NCBI GenBank assembly: GCA_039794005.1
Contig: JBAMMA010000004.1
Location: 1 to 44,986, forward strand
DNA length: 44,986 bases
Source of the DNA: Thermoplasmata archaeon
Lineage (GTDB): Archaea; Thermoplasmatota; Thermoplasmata; Thermoplasmatales; ARK-15
Reading direction: 5' to 3'
Shown here: positions 30,301 to 37,963 of the stretch, piece by piece
Numbering within the stretch: the stretch's first letter is position 1
Layout of the letters: each line of letters starts with the position of its first letter
Translations under genes and position numbers: made by a program
The notes under the pieces: model-generated
What the model saw: the letters and a program-made list of their open reading frames with translations, nothing else
What the model was told of the DNA's origin: nothing
Databases searched by the model: none

Positions 30301-31556
30301 TTAACTGTTGTATTTATAATGGTAAAGTTTAATATATATGCTCGAGAATTTTGCATGAATATCATGTTTTTCTGCGGGTTTCCATTTACATATGTACTAT
30401 TTAAGCTGATAAATAAATCCTTTGCATACATAACAGAATTGATTAAATTGAAATTGTGTAAATAAAAATCATTTTGGTTATTGTAATTTATGGGATCAGA
30501 TAGATTTATTGTAATTGAATTTATGGTGATATATCCTACTTTAGGACCAGTCACATTTATAAATATATTACCATTTGTTTCAAAGAATGACTGATTAACC
30601 AAAAAGATATCTCTTGAAAAGGATATTAAATTCCAAGTGTAAGATGTTGGTTTAATGCTAGGAGATAGAGAAGGCAACGGTTGTGTTGTTACACCTTTGA
30701 AATAAGGATATATTGTGGCCCCAGTAGAATTTAGACTTGATGTTGTATAATTTATTGTTAAAGTTGCGTTATAAAACGTTAAATATGGAAATAGACTCAT
30801 TGGAAAACTAAAGGTTTTTAAAACTGTAACTGTCTGACCTGCATATACTTTGTTTGTAATAAGATTTCCAGTTCCAGTAATAACAGTTAAAATTGTATTT
30901 GAAGGTACCCATGATGGTAAATTCATAAATGCCCCACCATTTATAAAAATTTGATCATTAACTAGATATGGAACTGGTCCATGATTTATCAAATAATCAT
31001 ATTGAGCTTGATAACCAAAATCATTTGCCATTGATATTTGGTTTGGAGAGGGAGAGCTAAAAGTAGAATTAATTATGTAAATATTGGAATTTGATATATT
31101 AAACCAACCTGGATATGATATTCTTGAATTTTTAATTATTAGGGTCCCACCATCGTCAATAATTGTGAAATTTAACGTTGGTGCGTATCTATCTGGCTCT
31201 GTAGTTAAAATGGCATTGTTTAAATATAAAACTCCACCTGATTGTATTGTTAAAGTTACTGGAGATAATTGATCGGAAATGAAATACAGGGTAGCATTAT
31301 TAACTGTTAAATTACCCGTAGGTGTAATAACAACATTGTCCGAAAATCCATATAATCCCTTTTGACCTGTTATTGGATCTACCGTTGTTGAATTAATGAC
31401 GAATTGTGTTGAAACATAAACTGTTGGATAATTTTCTGCCTTCAGTTTGTAATTATTTATAGAAACACTTGTAGGATTCATTATTGATGATAAAGACGTT
31501 AATAACAACGCAATTATAATTAAGACTGATAAAGTCTTATAAACCAATATTGACAC
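27324..31556 (-). CDS. Large cell-surface protein with CARDB-like repeats, TM helix and cytoplasmic zinc ribbons (set B paralog)
   Basis: Collinear with 17914..22239 (DPITGQKGLYG~DPLTGKYGYYG; WPNALYGGNY~FPNGLYLGNY; ITIYPDV~ITIYPNV); TM helix; six CxxC. The start may be TTG 31547 after GGAGGTG. Confidence 0.82.
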   Translation of the reverse strand: MSILVYKTLSVLIIIALLLTSLSSIMNPTSVSINNYKLKAENYPTVYVSTQFVINSTTVDPITGQKGLYGFSDNVVITPTGNLTVNNATLYFISDQLSPVTLTIQSGGVLYLNNAILTTEPDRYAPTLNFTIIDDGGTLIIKNSRISYPGWFNISNSNIYIINSTFSSPSPNQISMANDFGYQAQYDYLINHGPVPYLVNDQIFINGGAFMNLPSWVPSNTILTVITGTGNLITNKVYAGQTVTVLKTFSFPMSLFPYLTFYNATLTINYTTSSLNSTGATIYPYFKGVTTQPLPSLSPSIKPTSYTWNLISFSRDIFLVNQSFFETNGNIFINVTGPKVGYITINSITINLSDPINYNNQNDFYLHNFNLINSVMYAKDLFISLNSTYVNGNPQKNMIFMQNSRAYILNFTIINTTVNNYDPPYWMDSNSAIYLYRYAVFKLYNFNKEPISGVNISVSPDILNQYQGTNVVLSNSTVNQYNTILYSKFSISNSFKTNLSGIGIVPLFSDIVQMQYWPNALYGGNYLFNLSLNGRVLRNMEIGLPPFPNLYTKMNYYLIPMKIVIPQIIVTNVTSSMMMIHNHNYTITAKIKVYGGNLTNVPVQFKLPGFIKTVYANLYTNRTNNVSVNYIVPDNIVPGNYTLNVTVNPTKSILESNYSGDYYVERITIYPDVEIAISSIKFPPIVLYSNLSINITVSNLGTDPTGQFEVYMRLLGPNMNATKTWYISLNGKSSIILNYRFTPTNPGYYYAYVKAYYYWDINPQEMVLSNTTQSSIIYYFIQTPSNYVVLSNITFTQPMNILLFTKIGVSNVIPKYAPNVTVSYYDLSDGIFLNNVMTYYSNGYLYANLTTNYFMYGHTYRIEAILANPYYNLSKITYVYYNFTINIPSVQISVSSISSSTGPFMNGSVVPIYVNFTVGPISITNLNIVLQIPLLNIQKVWVYNATPGEFVSVIYYLNTSILPFNNRNAVPVTYYVYVTYPQIYPYYVVLYSNSFTVFERPELTILQFTYIPNNSITYISSLNELNIPIGVSFEIKLSIENTGGWTAIGTTYINITMNGTTIFTKTVNNITPGQIVNVYYNLTVNNYGLTPITAYVNYTNIVQKVPGPKSATFYYYGVMPQTTVFVSFNPSPPYQTGQSFTVSVMIENNNATRQQGRIVYMKNVPVDLYIGPYYYTGNTGASGVAIFSITVKSAGNYPISIRYSLSSSVLTYNYPEELSISSPPISIPLWIIAIIVVVIVIVGFFGYSYMKYKKVEKNLMVCGNCGSLIPADADKCPVCGVVFEKENVKCGNCGSWIKKDAKYCPVCGVVYAEETDPEYQKLVEYKKEYDLEIQKYKDEAKRDLGDKFSDEEFYKWWSNKPEFMTFERFLERKGEESGPTVICPVCGTPNPKGSKYCKVCGSPLPQEEKK
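27628..27731. repeat. 84-bp-period intragenic repeat with exact 20-bp core ACAACACCGCACACTGGGCA (27628-27647 and 27712-27731)
   Basis: Encodes the two CGNCGS..I...A..CPVCGVV zinc-ribbon units. Confidence 0.85.
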
Positions 31557-31745
31557 CTCCTATAATATTTTCAATACCTAAAAATGAATATAAAAATTTT
31601 CTCAGTGATAAATCAGATAAAAAACATTAATGATTTAAAAGATAATTCAAATATAAATGTTCAAAAAGAAAATAAGGAAAATGTAAAATAATTACAGAAA
31701 AAATTTTATTGATATAATAAATTCTAAAATTAAACGTGATAATTC

Positions 31746-32627
31746 ATGTGCAATTTAATAACTCATATGGATTCTGACGGAGTTATTTCGGCATATTTAA
31801 TAGTGAAATATGTAGAAAGACCTAAGAGAATTTATTTTTCCAACCCATCTATAATAAAGGATTCTATTGCGAGATCAATTTTGGGAGATGATAATTTAGA
31901 TAAGCTATATGTATTGGATATTGCCGCCAATGAAATTGCTTTAAAATTGGCCTCTGTTTATAATAAAGCGATATGGATAGATCATCATCAATGGGCACCT
32001 ATTAAGAATTACGATAATGTTGAAATTCATCTCATGAATGAACCCAGTGCTGCAGCTGTTATCGGAAATGTTTATTTAATATACGACAACCTAATTGAGA
32101 TGGCAAATCATCTTGATCAAAATCAACCTCAAAATGATAAAGAAATAAAATTCAGAGATCTTATATCTTCACTGAGATTTTATAAAGGACGTGGTGTTGA
32201 ATATGCTTTGGAAAATTTGGTTTATAAAATGACTGAAGTAGATGTTGATTCGATAATTGAAGAAAATATTGAATTGATTGAAGCATTTCAAAATGATATA
32301 AAGAAAATAGAAAATGAAATTAAATCAAACACTAAAAAGTTTATTATAAAAAATTATAGGGTAACGATAATAGAAACAAAGGCAAATATACCTGTATACA
32401 AAATTCAAGAAATAGTAGATGACGATTGGGATATATTAATAGTTAAGTTTGTGAGATTCAACAGGGATTTTGTATTTACCAAATTTGAATTTAGATCCAA
32501 AGGTCCTGATGTATTGAAATTAGCAATAGCATTTGGTGGAGGAGGCCATATCAGAGCTGCAGGAGCATCTTTAAAGGGTGTTATACCATTAGAGGATTTG
32601 TTGAATGCACTCAACGTGTTTTTATAG
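31746..32627 (+). CDS. DHH/DHHA1 family phosphoesterase
   Basis: THMDSDG, VLDIA, WIDHH, and C-terminal FGGGGHIRAAGA. Confidence 0.9.
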   Translation: MCNLITHMDSDGVISAYLIVKYVERPKRIYFSNPSIIKDSIARSILGDDNLDKLYVLDIAANEIALKLASVYNKAIWIDHHQWAPIKNYDNVEIHLMNEPSAAAVIGNVYLIYDNLIEMANHLDQNQPQNDKEIKFRDLISSLRFYKGRGVEYALENLVYKMTEVDVDSIIEENIELIEAFQNDIKKIENEIKSNTKKFIIKNYRVTIIETKANIPVYKIQEIVDDDWDILIVKFVRFNRDFVFTKFEFRSKGPDVLKLAIAFGGGGHIRAAGASLKGVIPLEDLLNALNVFL

Positions 32628-33590
32628 ATAATAAAATGGGGATCTTTTTTGCTCAATGGCAATTTCCAACGCCTCTTTTATTAAATCATACCTGGTTATG
32701 CTTTTATTTGTCAAATATCCTATTGCACCATCATTTTTTCCTATATCTTTTGTTCCATAATATTTATCAAAATCTGGGCCTATTTCATATTTGAATTTCT
32801 CCATGAAAGAATCTGGGTAAATGAAACCTCTGGATATTGAATAATTTACATTTTTCAAAGAATCTATAATCGTAACAATATGCACATCAAAATATTTTTT
32901 GATAATTTTATTGTAAATTAAAGTTGCCTCAATTCCTATTCCATAATCATTATCTTCCAAAGCTTGCCAGGCCCTTTCGTATGAGCAGATTAAACCCTCC
33001 TCAAAATTGAGTGGCTGATTAATATTTAGTTTAACGTTTTTTCCTGTCACCTCATAATCTTTAAAATACTTCAAAAATACGTCCTTTACTGCTTTAATTT
33101 TTAATTCATTGTTTGTCCCAACTGATATTCTTATTTTTTTGAGTCTCTTTCCATTTTCATCAATATCTCCCTTCATTATCCTCGTGGAAGTTATTGGAAT
33201 AAAATCTTCTGCCAGTACTCTTCCTATGTTGATGATATTTAAGGGTTTTTTACCTTTTGATATTCTTAAATTGTTTATTTCAATTGCATAACGTTTTGTT
33301 TCATAACTAACAACTATAGAATCAAAATCTTCAACTATTGTTGGACCATAATGATCTTCTATCTTTCTTATTTCATAATTTTTATTAAAGATCTTCAAAT
33401 AGTTTTCGAGGTTCCTTTTTCTTTCTTCAAAACTCTTAACATTATATGTTCTTACCGACCTCGAAAATTCGTCGCTTGTAAGTCCAATTAAAATGTAATC
33501 ACCGATTTCAAATGCTTTATTTATCAATCTCTTATGTCCTTCATGAATTATTTGAAAGGTCCCACCAATGGCTACCCTCATTTTAATCAT
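32622..33590 (-). CDS. coaD: Bifunctional phosphopantetheine adenylyltransferase / inosine-xanthosine triphosphatase (YjjX-like)
   Basis: RVAIGGTFQIIHEGH (HxGH), IVVSYET and ITSTRI, then VGTNNELKIKAV and DYGIGIEA. The start may be ATG 33581. Confidence 0.88.
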   Translation of the reverse strand: MIKMRVAIGGTFQIIHEGHKRLINKAFEIGDYILIGLTSDEFSRSVRTYNVKSFEERKRNLENYLKIFNKNYEIRKIEDHYGPTIVEDFDSIVVSYETKRYAIEINNLRISKGKKPLNIINIGRVLAEDFIPITSTRIMKGDIDENGKRLKKIRISVGTNNELKIKAVKDVFLKYFKDYEVTGKNVKLNINQPLNFEEGLICSYERAWQALEDNDYGIGIEATLIYNKIIKKYFDVHIVTIIDSLKNVNYSISRGFIYPDSFMEKFKYEIGPDFDKYYGTKDIGKNDGAIGYLTNKSITRYDLIKEALEIAIEQKRSPFYYL

Positions 33591-33624
33591 TTATGAATAG
33601 ATAAATAATATTTAAAGTGTGATA

Positions 33625-35280
33625 TTATTCTTCCTCTTCCAATTTCAATTCTTTCATTATTTCCTTCATAGTTTCATTTGGATCCCTATAATAATTTGTT
33701 ATAACTTTCCAGATGTCCCTATAATCGGTCATATTTTTTTGTACCATATATCTGATAACATTTACCCTTCTTTCAAACTCTTGATCCATCTCTTCATGAG
33801 TCCAATTTTTCAAGTTAATTATCTTATCATACAAGTATGAATGGCCCTTGAATATGAATTTGTCTTTCTTTGGATCCCACTCAAATACAACGTTTGTAAT
33901 CAGCTCATTTGTTTCTGGTTCAAAACCAACAATTTCAACTATTTCTTTTATTCTCCTTACCTGCTGATCCCTTACCTTAACTTGTGTTTGAATAATAACA
34001 TTGTTTAAAGCTGTCATCAATATCCTAGGCGTATTAATGGGTGGGTTTTCAAGTCTATTTACCATGGCCTTAACAGATTCAGCATGCATTGTTGAATACG
34101 TTGTATGGCCAGTTGCCATTGCCTGGAACATCGTGTATGTCTCTTTTCCTCTTACCTCTCCGACTATTATGTACCTTGGTCTCTGCCTCAGGGCTGCCCT
34201 GACCAGATCATACATGTCTATTTCGCCTGAGGCTTTACCTGTCAGGCTTTTTTCACCTACACCACTCCTTGTTGTACCCGGTATCCAATTTTGATGGGGT
34301 AGATTTATTTCCCTTGTATCCTCTATACTTACTATCTTAGCGGCCGGCGGTATAAAAATGGCTATTGCATTTAAAGTGGATGTCTTTCCACTTGCCGGAC
34401 CACCTATGATTATCATAGATTCTCCAAGTTCAACACCAAGCCATAAATAGGCAACCATTTCTGGATCTGCCGTATGAAATTTTACAAGATCTGTTGGTGT
34501 GAATGGTTTTTCCTTGAATCTCCTTATTGTAAAAGTTGCACCTCTGGTGGTAACTTCTCTGGCATATGTGGCCTGAACTCTGTGGCCTTCAGGAGTTGTA
34601 CCATCTAAGATAGGATCTGAAACCGATATTTGCTTCATGCACTTCTGAGCAATATAAACAATGAAGCTATTTAGTTCATCATCATCGTGAAAGATCACAT
34701 TTGTCTTTATTGAACCGTATTCTCTATGGTATATGTAAATTGGAATGTTAACACCATCACAAGAGATATCTTCCACATTTTCATCATTAATTAAAGGATC
34801 AATCTTTTGATATTTAACAAAATCTCTTTTTACGTAGTAAAACAACCTTTCAAGATCCATTGGAGCTACGTGGATATTTCTGCTTTCCAAATATTTATGT
34901 ACAGATTCTGTTAAATATCTTTCTTTTTCAGTAGAGGTTTTCAGGTACCATTCATACTTTAATGTCTGATTCAATGATGAATAAACCTCATTTAAAATTT
35001 GATTCATTCTATAGCTCAATGGCGGTTCAATCACTTCATAATAATATTCATAGGTTTTTGTATTAAATAATATCCTGGCAAATGTATAAGGATATGTAAT
35101 TCTGTATATCTTTTCTACTTTAAAATCAGGATTATTGATTGGAGGAATTGGAGTCATAGCAGACAATGTTGTTTCTCCTGATATTACCTTAATTTTCATT
35201 GGCCTATTAATTTTGAATAATTTTTTGTAAACACTTAACGTCAAATGATCCATTGAACTATAATCACTTTTCTCTACCAT
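33625..35280 (-). CDS. Type II/IV secretion (archaeal T4P) ATPase, TGH variant (probable second ATPase of set B)
   Basis: GGPASGKTS, IEDTREI, LRQRPRYIIVGEVRG, TGHTTYSTMHA; closely resembles 25657..27309 (shared VEDISCDGVNIPIYIYHR and VHRLENPPIN~VNRLENPPIN). Confidence 0.95.
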   Translation of the reverse strand: MVEKSDYSSMDHLTLSVYKKLFKINRPMKIKVISGETTLSAMTPIPPINNPDFKVEKIYRITYPYTFARILFNTKTYEYYYEVIEPPLSYRMNQILNEVYSSLNQTLKYEWYLKTSTEKERYLTESVHKYLESRNIHVAPMDLERLFYYVKRDFVKYQKIDPLINDENVEDISCDGVNIPIYIYHREYGSIKTNVIFHDDDELNSFIVYIAQKCMKQISVSDPILDGTTPEGHRVQATYAREVTTRGATFTIRRFKEKPFTPTDLVKFHTADPEMVAYLWLGVELGESMIIIGGPASGKTSTLNAIAIFIPPAAKIVSIEDTREINLPHQNWIPGTTRSGVGEKSLTGKASGEIDMYDLVRAALRQRPRYIIVGEVRGKETYTMFQAMATGHTTYSTMHAESVKAMVNRLENPPINTPRILMTALNNVIIQTQVKVRDQQVRRIKEIVEIVGFEPETNELITNVVFEWDPKKDKFIFKGHSYLYDKIINLKNWTHEEMDQEFERRVNVIRYMVQKNMTDYRDIWKVITNYYRDPNETMKEIMKELKLEEEE

Positions 35281-35328
35281 CTATATCACATTATTTTATA
35301 GGAATAAAAGATTATATTAATTTTACTT

Positions 35329-37902
35329 TCATTTTACTATTATAATACCATCATTTTCACTTTTTATGTAAATTATTTCCTTTTCTTCAAAATATAAGGA
35401 TTTTTCAATTATGAGATTTTCTTTTCCTATTCTATGGTTTTTAAATACAATTTCATCTAGATTGGATATATCAATATTTTTTATGTATTCCGTGAATTCC
35501 CTGAGATCATCTTTTAAAATTGGTCCTAGTTTTTTAAAGTCTGGCTTAATAGAGATTATTCTTTCCTTTATTTCTCCTTTTTTAATTGTTGTTAAATTTT
35601 CTATGTTCAAAATATTCTTTATTAAATCAGAATTTTTTATGAATAAATCGGGATTGTCTGTCTCTATTTTAATTTCATTTATTCTGTCAACATTATTCTC
35701 TATTTTCCATGATCTTATCTTTGATATTAAGTTTGATATTCTTCTTCCATCTTCTATTTCATTGTAATTGAATTTTTCTGGCCATCTGGTTAAATGTACG
35801 GAGATTTTTTTCTCATCTCTTGAAAATGCGCGATGGTAAATTTCCTCTGTTATATGTGGCATGAAAGGTGCAAATGATTTTATTATTCCATAAAATACAT
35901 TATAAAATGTAGTCTGGGATCCCTTGTCTTCCTTGATTTTATATTTAATATTTTCAATATATTGATCTGCAAAAACATGCCAAAAGAAATTCTCTAGAAT
36001 TCTAATGGCCTTATCAAATCTGTATTCATCCATGTATTTTGTTATTTCTTCTATCATTAGATCAAATTCTGACAATATCCACCTATCAATGATATCTGAA
36101 GGAGGATATCCATGATTCTTAATGTTGTAAAACTCCATAAAATTGTAAACATTCCATATTTTATTAAGCAGTTTTCTTCCATGTATTATCTCCCTTTTTC
36201 TGAATGGTGTATCTTCTCCAGGCATGCATGTAGCAGTAAAATACCTAAATGCATCTGTACCATATTCTTCAATTATTTTTAGTGGATCTACAACATTACC
36301 CCAGTGGGCATGCATTGGCCTACCATCTTCAGCTAGAATATGACCATCTATGAATACTTCTTTCCAAGGTGTTTTATCTGTTAATATGCCACACCTGTAT
36401 ATGGAATAAAAAGCCCATGTCCTTATTATATCATGAGCCTGGGGCCTTAAACTCATGGGGTAGAGTTTCTTGAAATATTCATCATTTCTATAATAATAAG
36501 TATTAAAGAGTGGAGAAATTGAAGAGTCTACCCATGTATCAAATACTTCCTCTGAACCAGTTAATTTACTACCACAAAAAGGACATTTTTCAAAGGGTGG
36601 TTTATCAGTTAATGGATCTATATACCTATTTAACTTTATAATATCATCTTTTTTTGGATATATTATGTGTCCATTTTCACATATCCATGCAGGTATGGGA
36701 GTTGCAAAATATCTCTGCCTTGATATAACCCAGTCCCATTCCAGATTATCTATCCAATCGTAAAGTCTTTTCATCATGAATTCCGGAATCCATTTTTCTT
36801 GGTTTGCAATTTCCTTAATTTTATCTTTATATTTTGTCACGTTAAAAAACCATTGTTCCTTACTTACAATCTCTATCGGTGTACCGCATCTCCAGCATGT
36901 TCCAACATTTTGTGAAATTTGCTCTACTTTCAAAACCCTGTTTTCTTTCTTCAATTCTTCTATTATTGATTTTCTAGCCTCTTCAATTTTCATTCCGGAG
37001 AATTTGCCGGCAATATCAGTTAACCTACCATCTTCATCTATGCTTTTTATTATATTAAAAGAATATTTTTTTATTAACTTTAAGTCATTTTTATCCCCGA
37101 TGGAACATATCATTTCAATTCCAGTTCCAAAGGATGAATCAACGGATTCATCCTGTATTATTGGAACCATTTTATTGAATATAGGAACTATGGCCTTCTT
37201 TTTATCAAAATCTTTATATCTTTCATCATTTGGATTATAGGCCAAAAATAGACATGCAGGAATTAATTCTGGCCTGGTTGTAGCAATTACCGTGTAATTT
37301 CCATCATCCAGGTCAAATTTTATGTAATATAAATTTGTATTTCTCTCAACATATTCAATTTCAGATTCTGCTATTGCTGTAGAACATCTAGGACACCAAT
37401 TTACAGGATGTATTGCTCTGTAAACCAATCCTTTTTCAACCATATCCAAGAATGTTAATTGAGTGATTTTTCTATATTCTTGAGAATCCGTTTGATAATA
37501 AATTGAAGGATCCATAGATTCTCCCAATATTTTAAACTGATTTTTCATAATCTCAATTTTATTCTGTGCATATTCTGAACACCATTTATTGAATATACCT
37601 CTATCAACATCTTTCATTTTAACATTTTTTTCTTTCTCGACATTCACTTCTATAGGCATACCGTTTACATCAAAACACAATGGGAAAAATACGTTGTATC
37701 CTTTCATCCTCTTGTATCTAGCGATAATATCAATATGAGTATAATGTGTTGCATGGCCCAAATGCAATGCACCGCTAGCATATCTTGGTGGATTGTCTAT
37801 TGAAAATGTATCATCAATATTTTCTGGATTCCAACGGTATATTTTCTCCTTTTCCCAATAATCTTGCCATTTAGCCTCAATTAATTTAGGATCGTAATTC
37901 AT
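35329..37902 (-). CDS. valS: Valine--tRNA ligase (archaeal type)
   Basis: HLGH signature, ATTRPE, DWVISRQRYFATPIP, QAHDII; the KMSKS position reads PMHAH. Start placed at ATG 37902 (MNYDPK). Confidence 0.95.
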   Translation of the reverse strand: MNYDPKLIEAKWQDYWEKEKIYRWNPENIDDTFSIDNPPRYASGALHLGHATHYTHIDIIARYKRMKGYNVFFPLCFDVNGMPIEVNVEKEKNVKMKDVDRGIFNKWCSEYAQNKIEIMKNQFKILGESMDPSIYYQTDSQEYRKITQLTFLDMVEKGLVYRAIHPVNWCPRCSTAIAESEIEYVERNTNLYYIKFDLDDGNYTVIATTRPELIPACLFLAYNPNDERYKDFDKKKAIVPIFNKMVPIIQDESVDSSFGTGIEMICSIGDKNDLKLIKKYSFNIIKSIDEDGRLTDIAGKFSGMKIEEARKSIIEELKKENRVLKVEQISQNVGTCWRCGTPIEIVSKEQWFFNVTKYKDKIKEIANQEKWIPEFMMKRLYDWIDNLEWDWVISRQRYFATPIPAWICENGHIIYPKKDDIIKLNRYIDPLTDKPPFEKCPFCGSKLTGSEEVFDTWVDSSISPLFNTYYYRNDEYFKKLYPMSLRPQAHDIIRTWAFYSIYRCGILTDKTPWKEVFIDGHILAEDGRPMHAHWGNVVDPLKIIEEYGTDAFRYFTATCMPGEDTPFRKREIIHGRKLLNKIWNVYNFMEFYNIKNHGYPPSDIIDRWILSEFDLMIEEITKYMDEYRFDKAIRILENFFWHVFADQYIENIKYKIKEDKGSQTTFYNVFYGIIKSFAPFMPHITEEIYHRAFSRDEKKISVHLTRWPEKFNYNEIEDGRRISNLISKIRSWKIENNVDRINEIKIETDNPDLFIKNSDLIKNILNIENLTTIKKGEIKERIISIKPDFKKLGPILKDDLREFTEYIKNIDISNLDEIVFKNHRIGKENLIIEKSLYFEEKEIIYIKSENDGIIIVK

Positions 37903-37963
37903 CAAAACATTGATGTAAAAAATTAATAAAAAGTTTTTTAAAAAATTAAGTATTACCAAATTC

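Noticed and set aside
12194-35280. Conjugative T4SS or integrated element
   Set aside because: No VirB4/VirD4, relaxase, integrase or att sites seen; the ATPases sit with TadC proteins and class III signal peptide pilins.
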